From Thermodesulfobacteriota bacterium (GTDB lineage: Bacteria; Desulfobacterota; Desulfobulbia; Desulfobulbales; SURF-16), in NCBI GenBank assembly GCA_040755455.1, contig JBFMAY010000007.1, positions 35,898 through 99,897 on the forward strand: a stretch of DNA of 64,000 bases, in the 5' to 3' direction. This document shows, in pieces, positions 29,919-39,693 of the stretch. Within the stretch, counting starts at the first letter, position 1. Every line of letters starts with the position of its first letter. The translations under genes and the position numbers were made by a program. A model generated the notes under the pieces. It saw only the letters and a program-made list of their open reading frames with translations. It had not been told where the DNA came from and made no database searches.

Positions 29919-30953
29919 GTTAGCATGTCAATTGATTGCATGAGTTGAATCATACCTCATAAACATGCGAGGAGCTAATTTTACAGTATATTTATTTCGC
30001 GATGGTTCTTAATTTATTCAAATATTATTCACCAAAGTATGAGGGTGAATTCAACCTTTCATTTTATTCTCGTAGAGCAATTTATTTCCAACAACCGATA
30101 AAATTTAATGATCCGTGGGATTGCAAAGCGCCACCACTCAAACTTCATAGGCAAATAAATAATTTAAAGAATATTTATGATAAATTGGCAAAAAGAAACG
30201 GTCAATATTTTGTTAAAAAAGAATGGCAAAGAATAAGTAAATCGCCACGTAGTGAAATAAAAAATCTATTTGAAGGATGCTTCAAAGAAGCATTTGAAAA
30301 AAAGAGATCGGAAATAGGGGTATTTTCTTTATCCTTTATCCCAGATAGTGAATTAATGTGGTCACATTATACAAATTCGCATTTCGGATATATGTTGCAT
30401 TTTCAGATTGACCCTGCCACCTATTTGATTGATTCAAGTCTAAGCAAGGTAGGCATCCCAATTCCCGTGATATATAAGGATAAAAGGGAAGTATGGAATT
30501 TAGAAAAATATCATGAAAATAGAGAAAAATATGTCTACGACTTGGTTAGATATAAAAGTAGCGCATGGGAATATGAATGTGAACTTCGTCTTTTAAATGT
30601 AACAAAGTATGGGTTCATAAAAACACCAAGTGATTGGCTAAAATCTATTGTGATAGGATTGAATACAGAAGATGGGTTGCGATCAAAACTAGAAGATATC
30701 GGTAATGAGTTAAACATACCAGTGTTCTCAGCTTTAATGGATAATAAAGATTATAAAATAACTATTCCAGGGCTAGGAGTAGATGGAAATCAGGGAAGAA
30801 TGGTGTACAAGGAACTAATAGATTCGAAAATATTTGAACTAAGTTCAGCTGGGACAATTGTAGAGAACAGCTAACAAAATCAATTCTGGCGATGGCAAGG
30901 GACGCGCGGGCACGGCAAGCTCACAGGCCCGCGCCTGATTGCTGCCGATGGGG
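29919..30953 (+). mobile_element. Solitary integron gene cassette
   Basis: Begins GTTAGCA (29919); ends in attC AGCTAAC-AAAAT-CAATTCTG...CTGATTG-CTGCC-GATGGGG (30869-30953); sharp AT-rich interior. Confidence 0.75.
30002..30874 (+). CDS. DUF2971-family protein
   Basis: KFNDPWD, LMWSHY..SH.G, KSSAWEYECELR and SIVIG motifs. Confidence 0.85.
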   Translation: MVLNLFKYYSPKYEGEFNLSFYSRRAIYFQQPIKFNDPWDCKAPPLKLHRQINNLKNIYDKLAKRNGQYFVKKEWQRISKSPRSEIKNLFEGCFKEAFEKKRSEIGVFSLSFIPDSELMWSHYTNSHFGYMLHFQIDPATYLIDSSLSKVGIPIPVIYKDKREVWNLEKYHENREKYVYDLVRYKSSAWEYECELRLLNVTKYGFIKTPSDWLKSIVIGLNTEDGLRSKLEDIGNELNIPVFSALMDNKDYKITIPGLGVDGNQGRMVYKELIDSKIFELSSAGTIVENS

Positions 30954-31000
30954 TGGTGATTAAGGGGATAAAAAATGAATACTTTCTCAGAGGGATGCCC

Positions 31001-32605
31001 ATGAAGCTTGCCCTGGCTGAACAGATGCGGCAGATTGACCGGGCAGCCATTGACGATATCGGTATTCCCGGGGTTGTGCTGATGGAAAACGCCGGCCGGC
31101 AGACCGTCCACCAGCTCTGCAGGTATTTCGGCCAGGTGCAGGGTAAGGAGATCGCGGTATTTGCCGGGCCCGGCAATAACGGCGGCGACGGTTTTGTCGT
31201 GGCGCGCCATCTCCGGGAGCTTGGCGCCCAGGTAACGGTGTTTGCCCTGGCCTGCGCCGACAGGATCATGGGTGATGCGGCCGTGCATTTTCGTATCGTC
31301 GGCAATCTGGGCATTCCCGTGACTTTCCTCCTTGGTCCGGACGACCTTCAGGGCCTTTCGCCTGATTGCTTTGACCTGATTGTCGATGCGCTTTTCGGCA
31401 CCGGTCTGAAACGGCAGGTGGAGGGACATTTCGCCCGGGTCATCGAGATGATCAACAGCGCCTCCTGCCCGGTGGTGGCCGTTGACCTGCCCAGCGGTCT
31501 GAACAGCGACACGGGCGGCATCTGCGGGGTTGCGGTCAAGGCGGACCTTACCGTCACCTTCGGCGTGGCCAAGCCCGGCCACGTTGTTTTTCCCGGCCGG
31601 GAGATGGTTGGAGCCCTGGAGGTTGTTGATATCGGCATACCCTCGCAGGTGGTCGCGGCGGCGGGCCTCATCTGCGAACTGCTGGACAGAACAAGCGTGG
31701 CGCCGTTTGTTGTGCGTCGTGCCGCCAACAGCCATAAGGGCACCTCTGGCCATCTGCTTGTCGTGGCCGGCTCCCTGGGGAAAACGGGTGCCGCCATCCT
31801 CTGCTGCCAGGGAGCGCTCAGGGCGGGAGCTGGCCTTGTGTCTCTCTGTGCCGGCCGTGCTCTCAATGCCATTTTTGAATCAGCCCTCTATGAGGCCATG
31901 ACCATACCGGTGGCCGGCGGCGATGACGGTGCTCCGTCAAGCAACGATTCACACGTGATTCTCGCCGCCATGGAGGGCAAACAGGCCGCAGTGGTGGGAC
32001 CGGGGCTTGGGACGGCGGATGAAACGGCGGAGCTGGTAAGGCGCATCTATCAGCAGGCCGAGATTGCCTTGCTGGTTGATGCCGATGCCATCAATATCCT
32101 GGCGGCTGACAAGAACTCCCTAGCAAGGACCGCGCAGGCTGGTCGCATCTTGACCCCCCATCCTGGGGAAATGGCCAGATTGACCGGGAAGACCAGCCGC
32201 TTTATCCAGCAGAACAGGCTGGAGGTGGCCCGGGAATGTGCCCGGCAGCACAATGTTTATCTGGTATTAAAAGGGGCAGGGACCATCATTGCCGCTCCTG
32301 ACGGAACCCTTGCGGTGAATGGAGGCGGCAACCCCGGCATGGCCGCCGGCGGCATGGGTGATGTCTTGTCAGGCATCATCGGTGGACTCCTCGTGCAGGG
32401 GCTGGAGCCCTGGAAGGCCTGTTGTCTCGGCGTTTATATGCATGGTCTGGCGGCGGACCGGCTGGCTCAAAAGGCGCCTTGCGGTTATCTGGCAAGTGAA
32501 GTGGCGGAAAGAGTGCCGTTGGTTATTAACGAACTGTTAAATGAGGAGAACTATGCTCTGTGCAAAAGATATCATGACAAAGAATGTGATTACCGTCACC
32601 CCTGA
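31001..32605 (+). CDS. nnr: Bifunctional NAD(P)HX epimerase/dehydratase
   Basis: LMENAG, GPGNNGGDG, VDALFGTG, HKG..G, LTPHPGEM, GGMGDVL. Confidence 0.95.
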   Translation: MKLALAEQMRQIDRAAIDDIGIPGVVLMENAGRQTVHQLCRYFGQVQGKEIAVFAGPGNNGGDGFVVARHLRELGAQVTVFALACADRIMGDAAVHFRIVGNLGIPVTFLLGPDDLQGLSPDCFDLIVDALFGTGLKRQVEGHFARVIEMINSASCPVVAVDLPSGLNSDTGGICGVAVKADLTVTFGVAKPGHVVFPGREMVGALEVVDIGIPSQVVAAAGLICELLDRTSVAPFVVRRAANSHKGTSGHLLVVAGSLGKTGAAILCCQGALRAGAGLVSLCAGRALNAIFESALYEAMTIPVAGGDDGAPSSNDSHVILAAMEGKQAAVVGPGLGTADETAELVRRIYQQAEIALLVDADAINILAADKNSLARTAQAGRILTPHPGEMARLTGKTSRFIQQNRLEVARECARQHNVYLVLKGAGTIIAAPDGTLAVNGGGNPGMAAGGMGDVLSGIIGGLLVQGLEPWKACCLGVYMHGLAADRLAQKAPCGYLASEVAERVPLVINELLNEENYALCKRYHDKECDYRHP

Positions 32606-33014
32606 TCTTGGTGTGGAAAAGCTTGCCGCCCTGTTCTGGAAAAACAATATCAGCGGCGCCCCGGTTGTCGATGCGGAAGGCCATGTGGTGGCGGTGGTGA
32701 CTGAGAGTGATCTCATTGATCAGGCGAAAAAAATCCATATTCCCACCATGATTTCCTTTCTTGATTCGGTCATCATGTTCGGCAGCGCGGATAAGGTGGA
32801 AAAGGAAATCGGCAAGATGACCGGCACCACGGTGTGCGATATCTGCAGTAAGGAGGTGATCATGATCAACGAGGATACCCCCCTTGACGAAATTGCCACC
32901 ATCATGGCGGAAAAGGGGGCGCATACCCTGCCGGTGCTTGCCGGGAAGGTGCTTGTCGGCGTGGTCGGCAAAAATGATATTATCAAGACCCTGGCCAGGC
33001 AGGAGGGTGATTAG
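32553..33014 (+). CDS. CBS-domain protein
   Basis: AKDIMT...ISGAPVVD...VTESDL and a second CBS; GAGGAG RBS. Confidence 0.9.
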   Translation: MLCAKDIMTKNVITVTPDLGVEKLAALFWKNNISGAPVVDAEGHVVAVVTESDLIDQAKKIHIPTMISFLDSVIMFGSADKVEKEIGKMTGTTVCDICSKEVIMINEDTPLDEIATIMAEKGAHTLPVLAGKVLVGVVGKNDIIKTLARQEGD

Positions 33015-33050
33015 CCGGTACTTGCAACGGGCTGCAATGGTTGATCATGG

Positions 33051-34958
33051 TCAGCCGCCGGGCGCAACCGTGACTTGGACCATGCCCCGCACCGAGTTGG
33101 CGACATAGACTGCATCCGCATCCGCCAGATCAGCCGGGAAAAGGATTTTTTCGACAACCCGCGGTGAAGAAACAGCCATGAAATGCGCCCGGAAAACGCC
33201 GGGCAGCAGACCGCACAGAAGCGGTGGGGTATACAATATCCCGTCTTTTTTGATGAAGACCGTGGAAATGGCGCCCTCGGTGACCTCTCCTCTTTCATTG
33301 AGGAACAGCACCTCGTAATAGCCGTCGTTCAAAGCCTTTTCCCGCTGCTGATTATAGAAATGGCGCCGGGTGGTCTTGTGATAGAGAAAGGCATCTCGGG
33401 AATCCGTCCTTGCGGAGGCAAACCTGACCTGCGGCCGCCCCTCGGTGCTGCTGGTGGCCACGGCCTGCGGTGGCTCACAGGCCGTGGCGCTCAAGGTCGC
33501 TGTCCCGTCCTTGGCCAGCAGCAGGCGCACCCGCTGGTTTTGGTTGCCCGCGGCCAGGGCCTGCCCCAGCCGGTCCAGTTCCGCTGTGATCTTCTCCCTG
33601 TCACAGACAAACTGAAAGTAACGGGACGAATCTGTAAGCCGGGCCAGATGTTCGTCAAGCAGCCAATAGCCCTTTTCCGGCTGCCAGAGCATGGTTTCGA
33701 TCAGCTGAAAATCCTCATGGGGTTTGGTAAGGAATTCCGCCTTCAGCCGGCATTCCAGCCACTCGTTTTCCCCATCGGAATCATAAACGATGCCGGAGCC
33801 GATTCCCATTTCCCCCTTGTCCCGTTCGATGACAATGGTGCGGATGGGAACATTGAAAACAGCATCACCGTCAGGGGCGAGATAGCCGATGGCCCCGGTA
33901 TATACCCCCCGGCTGCCGTGTTCCAACTCCTTGATGATCTCCATTGTTCGTATCTTGGGGGCGCCGGTGACCGAGCCGCAGGGGAAAAGGGCCTTGAACA
34001 GTTCGAAGAGTCGCAGGTTGTCAGGCAGTTCGGCGCAAATGGTTGAGGTCATCTGGTGCAGTGTTTCATAGGTTTCCACGTCAAAAAGTGAGGTGACCCG
34101 CACGGTTGCCGGCCGCGCCAGTCTGCCCAGATCATTGCGGAGCAGATCGACGATCATGACGTTTTCACTCAGATTTTTGCTGTCAGTTTGCAGAAAATTC
34201 CGGTTTTGCTGATCCTCCGCCGTGGTCCGTCCCCGGCCCATGGTCCCCTTCATGGGGCGCACGGTGCAGATGTTTGCTCTCTTGCGAAAGAAAAGTTCCG
34301 GGGATAAAGACAGAATACGGCGCGGGCCGTTCTGGATATAAGCCCCATGGGCAACGCTCTGGTTTTGGCGTAAATCGCGATAGAGCGCCGTCGGGTTGCC
34401 GCTGAAATCAAAGAGAAGTTTCAGGGTGTAGTTGACTTGATAAGTATCGCCTGCGGCAATGTATGATTTGATGGCGGCGATTGCCGCAAGGTAGTCTTGC
34501 TTGTCGATGTTTAGCCGCAGATTGCTGATCGAATAAACGGATTCCCCGGGCAGTGGCGGCCGGGCGGAATGCAGCGGCAGGCAGGCATCCTGTTTTTCTG
34601 CCGAAGCGAAATGGTCAACAATGGCCGGGGCTGCAAATACACCGAGATCGGCAACGGTTTGCTTCTTGTCTAGGCTTCGTTTGTCGGCGAGGATCGGTTC
34701 AAGCAGATAGCCGAATTCATAGGCCAGCCAGCCGGCGAGATAATAGCCGCGCTTGAGCCATTCGCTGGCCTCCTGCAGAAAACGATCGGCGTTGCCCTGT
34801 CCTGTTAAGGTAATACGGCTGACAGGATTGCAAAACAGCAGGGAACGATGGTCATCCGGGGTGATTCGCGTGGTGTCAAGCAGGACAAAGTCCTCGTTGC
34901 CAAGACTTGCAAACAGGTGGGCAAGGGTCGAATCTGCAAGAGATGAATGGGTTGTCAT
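33051..34958 (-). CDS. pabB: Aminodeoxychorismate synthase component I / ADC lyase fusion
   Basis: GDTYQVN, SPELFF, PMKGT, ENVMIVDLLRND, GSVTGAPK, then a class IV aminotransferase domain (HKTT.R, EG...N/T, LLPG). Confidence 0.93.
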   Translation of the reverse strand: MTTHSSLADSTLAHLFASLGNEDFVLLDTTRITPDDHRSLLFCNPVSRITLTGQGNADRFLQEASEWLKRGYYLAGWLAYEFGYLLEPILADKRSLDKKQTVADLGVFAAPAIVDHFASAEKQDACLPLHSARPPLPGESVYSISNLRLNIDKQDYLAAIAAIKSYIAAGDTYQVNYTLKLLFDFSGNPTALYRDLRQNQSVAHGAYIQNGPRRILSLSPELFFRKRANICTVRPMKGTMGRGRTTAEDQQNRNFLQTDSKNLSENVMIVDLLRNDLGRLARPATVRVTSLFDVETYETLHQMTSTICAELPDNLRLFELFKALFPCGSVTGAPKIRTMEIIKELEHGSRGVYTGAIGYLAPDGDAVFNVPIRTIVIERDKGEMGIGSGIVYDSDGENEWLECRLKAEFLTKPHEDFQLIETMLWQPEKGYWLLDEHLARLTDSSRYFQFVCDREKITAELDRLGQALAAGNQNQRVRLLLAKDGTATLSATACEPPQAVATSSTEGRPQVRFASARTDSRDAFLYHKTTRRHFYNQQREKALNDGYYEVLFLNERGEVTEGAISTVFIKKDGILYTPPLLCGLLPGVFRAHFMAVSSPRVVEKILFPADLADADAVYVANSVRGMVQVTVAPGG

Positions 34959-35245
34959 GGTGAGTGCGGCGTTATGATTGATGAATTTTTCCGAAAATGC
35001 TTTCTATACCCGCTGGACAAAAAAATCAAACGGCTTGTCAAAAAAAGTTTCGCCAACAAAATATTTTTTCAAAAGCACTATTTTCCCTAAAACCTTGCTA
35101 TATCAATGGGAATATTTTATAAATACCTCTTTGCAACATGAGCCTTATTTCTTTTCTTGCGTAGCAGGAGAAGTGTAACCTGTGCCATACTGTTTAGCCA
35201 GCAATATCAGATTTGATTAGCGAGAGATCAAGGAGGAAATTAAAT

Positions 35246-35932
35246 ATGCTGATTCGTGATTGGATGGCGAAAGATGTTCTCACCGTAGATGAAAACACAT
35301 CCCTCATGCGGGCCACCCGTATTATGAAAGACAATGCAATTCGTCGCCTGCCTGTGGTTTCCCATGGCAAACTCATTGGAATTATTACTGATCGTGATGT
35401 TAAAGACGCGTCACCATCCAAAACAACCTCACTTGATGTTCATGAGCTTTACTATCTGCTGTCGGAGATGAAGGTGAAAGACGTGATGACGCCAAATCCC
35501 ATTGTCATTCATGGCAACGATTCCCTGGAAAAGGCGGCGGTCATCATGCTCGATTGCAAGATATCCGGTGTGCCGGTGACCGATTCCTCCGGCTACCTCA
35601 TCGGCGTGCTCAGTGAAACGGATGTGCTGCGCGGTTTTATTCACAGCACCGGCATCAAGGACGGCGCCATGCAGTACGTGTTCGACTTGGTGGATGAACC
35701 CGGCTCCGTAACCAGGGTGGTGAAGTTGCTGCGCGAATATAATGCCAGGGTTATCAGTGTATTGACATCCTTTGAAGATGCTCCGGAGGGCATGAAGCGG
35801 GTGGCGATGCGGGTTATGGTCAAGGATGATGGAGCCCTGGACAGGCTCTCTCAGATATTGCAGGAAAACTTTACGGTGATTTTCCAGGGCAAGGACGAAT
35901 TGAAAGACCTGCCGCAACGCCGCAAGTCCTGA
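35246..35932 (+). CDS. CBS-pair plus ACT domain protein (AcuB-like)
   Basis: IRRLPVV...GIITDRD, DEPGS..RV ACT domain; AGGAGG RBS; terminator 35959-35988. Confidence 0.88.
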   Translation: MLIRDWMAKDVLTVDENTSLMRATRIMKDNAIRRLPVVSHGKLIGIITDRDVKDASPSKTTSLDVHELYYLLSEMKVKDVMTPNPIVIHGNDSLEKAAVIMLDCKISGVPVTDSSGYLIGVLSETDVLRGFIHSTGIKDGAMQYVFDLVDEPGSVTRVVKLLREYNARVISVLTSFEDAPEGMKRVAMRVMVKDDGALDRLSQILQENFTVIFQGKDELKDLPQRRKS

Positions 35933-35986
35933 GTCCCTTACCTGTCCAACTGTTTTGCAAAGCCGGGACATGCTCCCGGCTTTTTT

Positions 35987-38002
35987 TTATTGTTCATCGT
36001 GCCCTGCCATGTCGTCCGCCTGCTCCATCCATGGCATTCTGTCTTTTTTGAAGGCCATCCAGGTGGATTTGTCGCTGTTTGCCGGATTGAATTTCCCTGT
36101 TTGCCTGTCAACAGGAAGAAAAACGATATTCTCGGGAACAGGGAACTGCTCCACTTTCGGGGGGACCTTCTGCATGAAATCGAGCCAGATCGGCGCGCAG
36201 GCCAGCCCGCCAGTTTCGTCATTGCCAAGGGAGAGTTTTTTGTCAAAACCCATCCACACCCCGCAGACCATCTCAGGGGTATAGCCGATGAACCAGGCAT
36301 CCCGGAATGTATCTGTTGTTCCTGTTTTGCCGGCTGCCTCCTGGGTCAGGCCTGAGGCCTTTTTTCCTGTTCCTTCTTCTATGACGCCTTGCATGATGCG
36401 GGTTATCTGGTAGGCGGTTTCTTTATCCAGAACCTGTCTCTTTTTTGCTTTGTACGATTCCAGTAGGTTGCCGTTTCGATCAGTGATTTTTGTGATAAAT
36501 ACCGGCTTTGCTGGCTGGCCAAGATTGGCGAAGGTGGTGTATGCGCTGGTCAACTCAAGCAAGGTCACTTCGGATGAGCCCAGGGCCAGGGACAGATTGG
36601 TGTTGAGCTGCGAGACAATGCCCATGTCCTGCGCCAGCTGCCGTACCGGTTCTATGCCGATTGCCTGGAGCAGTTTAACCGTGACGATGTTTCTGGAGTG
36701 GATGAGGGCGGATTCCAGGGTCGTCGGGCCCTTGAACTCGCCGTCGAAATTCTGGGGTTCCCAGGCGGCCCCCGGGCTTGATCCGGGCAGAACAAGCGGT
36801 TCGTCCATGATGATTGATGCAGGGGTGAATGCGTCGCGCAAGGCGGCTGCATAGACAATGGGCTTGAAGGCGGAACCCGGCTGTCTTTTGGCCTGGGTAG
36901 CCCTGTCGAACGGGCTTTTATTGAAATCCGTGCCGCCCACCAGGGCCCGGACTTCGCCGGTGGAGGCGTCCATGGCAACCAGGGCGGCCTGGGGCAGTCC
37001 GCCAATATTTTTCTGACGCCTTACCACCCATTTGGCAACACCCCTCCTCACCGCGGCTGTCGCTGATTTCTGCAGGTCTTGATCCAGGGTGGTCTCAATG
37101 GTGAGGCCCCCTGCCACCAGGGCCTCCCAACCATATTTGGCCTGTATGTACTTTTTAACATGCTGGACAAAATATCTGGAGTCATCGTCAGTTTCACCCG
37201 GGGCGCCCCATAACAGCGGGTGGGCAAAGGCCTTCCTGGCCATGGTGGCGGTAATGTACCCCTCGTCCGCCATCCTGTTTAACACGTAAGCCTGTCTTTT
37301 TTTAGTCAGGTCAAAGTGTTTGAAGGGGGAATACCGGCTTGGCGCTTGGGGAAGACCGGCGAGAATGGCGATTTCGGCCAGATTAAGATCAACGGCTTTT
37401 TTGCCGAAGTATACCCTGGCCGCAGCATCCACCCCATAAGCTCCCTCACCGAAATAGATCTGGTTTAAATAGATGTGGAGGATCTCCTTTTTGCTGAGGG
37501 CCTTGTCGATGCGATAGGCGAGAACCGCCTCCTTTATTTTCCTGGTATAGGTTTTTTCAGGTGTCAGCAGGAGGGCGCGGGCCACCTGTTGGGTGATGGT
37601 GCTGCCGCCTTGACCCTTCTCGCCCTTGCGGAGGTTGTGGGCAAGGGCACGGATCGTGGACCAGGCGTCAACGCCCTCATGCTGAAAAAAACGGGCATCT
37701 TCCGCTGCGACAAAGGCGAGGGGCAAATCTTTCGGCATGCTGTCAACGGGCACCACAAATCGGTTCTGGGTGGAGATGGTGTCGATCTGCCGGCCGTCTT
37801 TGTCGAGGATAACGGTGGTGGCGGGCGGGGTGTAGCTTGACAGTGAGCTGATATCCGGAATGTTGAGGGTCAGAAACAGGAAAAGAACGACAGAGACGAC
37901 AAGGGTCAGCAGCAGGGAGATGGCAAGCAGATAAAGGGCAACATGGACATGGGTCAATGTCCAGACGCGATTTCCGTTGTTTGGTTTATTTCCTGCCGCC
38001 AT
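35987..38002 (-). CDS. mrcA: Class A penicillin-binding protein (PBP1A family)
   Basis: AEDARF, GGSTITQQ, RKIKE, SAFK, SRN and KTGT motifs. Confidence 0.93.
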   Translation of the reverse strand: MAAGNKPNNGNRVWTLTHVHVALYLLAISLLLTLVVSVVLFLFLTLNIPDISSLSSYTPPATTVILDKDGRQIDTISTQNRFVVPVDSMPKDLPLAFVAAEDARFFQHEGVDAWSTIRALAHNLRKGEKGQGGSTITQQVARALLLTPEKTYTRKIKEAVLAYRIDKALSKKEILHIYLNQIYFGEGAYGVDAAARVYFGKKAVDLNLAEIAILAGLPQAPSRYSPFKHFDLTKKRQAYVLNRMADEGYITATMARKAFAHPLLWGAPGETDDDSRYFVQHVKKYIQAKYGWEALVAGGLTIETTLDQDLQKSATAAVRRGVAKWVVRRQKNIGGLPQAALVAMDASTGEVRALVGGTDFNKSPFDRATQAKRQPGSAFKPIVYAAALRDAFTPASIIMDEPLVLPGSSPGAAWEPQNFDGEFKGPTTLESALIHSRNIVTVKLLQAIGIEPVRQLAQDMGIVSQLNTNLSLALGSSEVTLLELTSAYTTFANLGQPAKPVFITKITDRNGNLLESYKAKKRQVLDKETAYQITRIMQGVIEEGTGKKASGLTQEAAGKTGTTDTFRDAWFIGYTPEMVCGVWMGFDKKLSLGNDETGGLACAPIWLDFMQKVPPKVEQFPVPENIVFLPVDRQTGKFNPANSDKSTWMAFKKDRMPWMEQADDMAGHDEQ

Positions 38003-38107
38003 ATTTTTCGTGAAGAGGGACTTGAAGGGGCTCTGATAACTATCATAAAAAAAGGCCGCTCAGCCGAGCAGCCTTTTTTTACCATTAGATGGAATCAGGT
38101 GAAAGGA

Positions 38108-38539
38108 TTATTCTTTGTCGTCCGTGCTTCCTTTATGGCATTCAGGACATTTTTGCGGGCCTTTGCCTTTCTCTTTGTGGCAGCCTTTGCAGTTGGTATG
38201 GGCGGCATCCTTGAATGTTGCAATCTCTTTCTTCAGGCCGGCGGCCTTGTTGTGGCAGGTTTCACATTTCTCGATCTTCATGCCGTCGGTGTAGGCGGCC
38301 TGTTTGCCGTCAGCGCCTTTGGTATGATGGCAGTCGCCGCAGGTCATTTTGACTTCTGCGTTATCCTGATGTTTTTTATGATTGAAAGTGGCTGGTTTTG
38401 GTTTTTTTGCTGCGTCGACTGTGGCCTGGAGCACCATCTCGGCCGGGCCTTTGTCGGTTTCGGCCATGGCGGAATTAATAGCGGTGAATCCGGCAAGAAA
38501 TGCAAAAGCGGTAAAACATACAATGGTTTTTTTGAACAT
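38108..38539 (-). CDS. Tetraheme class III cytochrome c3
   Basis: Signal peptide, FNHKKH, CGDCHH, CETCH, CKGCH, CPECH. Confidence 0.92.
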   Translation of the reverse strand: MFKKTIVCFTAFAFLAGFTAINSAMAETDKGPAEMVLQATVDAAKKPKPATFNHKKHQDNAEVKMTCGDCHHTKGADGKQAAYTDGMKIEKCETCHNKAAGLKKEIATFKDAAHTNCKGCHKEKGKGPQKCPECHKGSTDDKE

Positions 38540-38674
38540 GTTTCATTCTCCCCTTCGATTGAATTTGTTACTTAACCTAACACACACAAAAACTAGATAA
38601 ACGGTTTCTTTTTACGTTGTCGCTCTTAATTTGTCAAGATAGAAGAGGGAAAAAATGAATCGAAGGTCATTTTT

Positions 38675-38728
38675 AGGAGCCGTTACGAAAGGACCTCTTC
38701 ATTTTTTGAGCATTTCGTTACGGCTCCT
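38675..38728. repeat. 54-bp palindromic repeat, copy 3
   Basis: AGGAGCCGTTACGAAA...TTTCGTTACGGCTCCT-TATGCCG. Confidence 0.78.
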
Positions 38729-38777
38729 TATGCCGTTGCTGATAACCAAAACGGTGAAGGTATTTCATGACAACGGC

Positions 38778-39623
38778 TTAGCTGCTGCCGTAGCTGTGCA
38801 GTCCTGACAGGAGAAAGTTAACGCCGAAATAGGTAAAGATCACCGACAGAAAGCCGATGATGGCCAGCCAGGCGATCCGTTTACCCTGCCAGCCGCGGGT
38901 GAAACGGGCATGAAGGGTGCCGGCGTAAATGAACCAGGTGATCAGCGACCAGGTTTCCTTGGGGTCCCAGCTCCAGTAAGTGCCCCAGGCGGAATTTGCC
39001 CAGATGGCGCCGGTGATGATTCCTGCGCTCAGCCAGAGGAAGCCGAAAATTATGGTTTTGTGAATGATGTCATCAATAACCCTGAGGTTCGGCAAGGTGC
39101 CGATAAGGCCTGTGTCGGCTTTATCCTCGGCGGCGCTTTTCATCAGGTACATGAAACCAAGGCCGCAGGCCACGGCAAAGGCGGCGTAGCCGATGAAGCA
39201 GGTGATGACGTGGGCAATGAGCCAGTTGCTTTGCAGGGCAGGGATAAGGGGAGATATCTCCTGGTTGATCCCTTTGCCGAATGAGGCATAGGCCATGCTG
39301 ATGAAGGCAAAGGGAATGGCAAAGGCGCCGATGAGCCTGTTGTTGAATTTCATTTCAAGCAGCAGGTAGAAAATTACGATGGCCCAGGAAAAGAAAACCA
39401 GCGATTCATACATATTGGACAAAGGAGCATGGCCCATGCCCATGTTGTATGATTCATACCACCTGAGGCCGATACCGGCTGTCTGGGCCAGAAAGGTGAT
39501 GAGTGTGAGCAGGGATGCCACAACGCCGGTTTTTTGGGTCTTGAAGATAAGGGTGGCGATGTAAAGAGCCGAGGCCACAAGATAGCCGAGGGTACTGATT
39601 CCTAGCAGTTGCGAACTTGTCAT
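38778..39623 (-). CDS. ccsA: Cytochrome c biogenesis system II heme-ligation protein (CcsA/ResC)
   Basis: WGTYWSWDPKETW motif, PALQSNWL.AH, GLHSY. Confidence 0.95.
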   Translation of the reverse strand: MTSSQLLGISTLGYLVASALYIATLIFKTQKTGVVASLLTLITFLAQTAGIGLRWYESYNMGMGHAPLSNMYESLVFFSWAIVIFYLLLEMKFNNRLIGAFAIPFAFISMAYASFGKGINQEISPLIPALQSNWLIAHVITCFIGYAAFAVACGLGFMYLMKSAAEDKADTGLIGTLPNLRVIDDIIHKTIIFGFLWLSAGIITGAIWANSAWGTYWSWDPKETWSLITWFIYAGTLHARFTRGWQGKRIAWLAIIGFLSVIFTYFGVNFLLSGLHSYGSS

Positions 39624-39693
39624 TGTCTATCCTCTGATATGCAAACAGTAGTAAAAGAGTGTCTTGCCGGCAGTATATCTGATTATGCTGTTT

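Noticed and set aside
32553..32605. 53-bp nnr/CBS overlap as programmed frameshifting
   Set aside because: The CBS gene has its own GAGGAG RBS and ATG; a simple stop-codon drift explains the overlap
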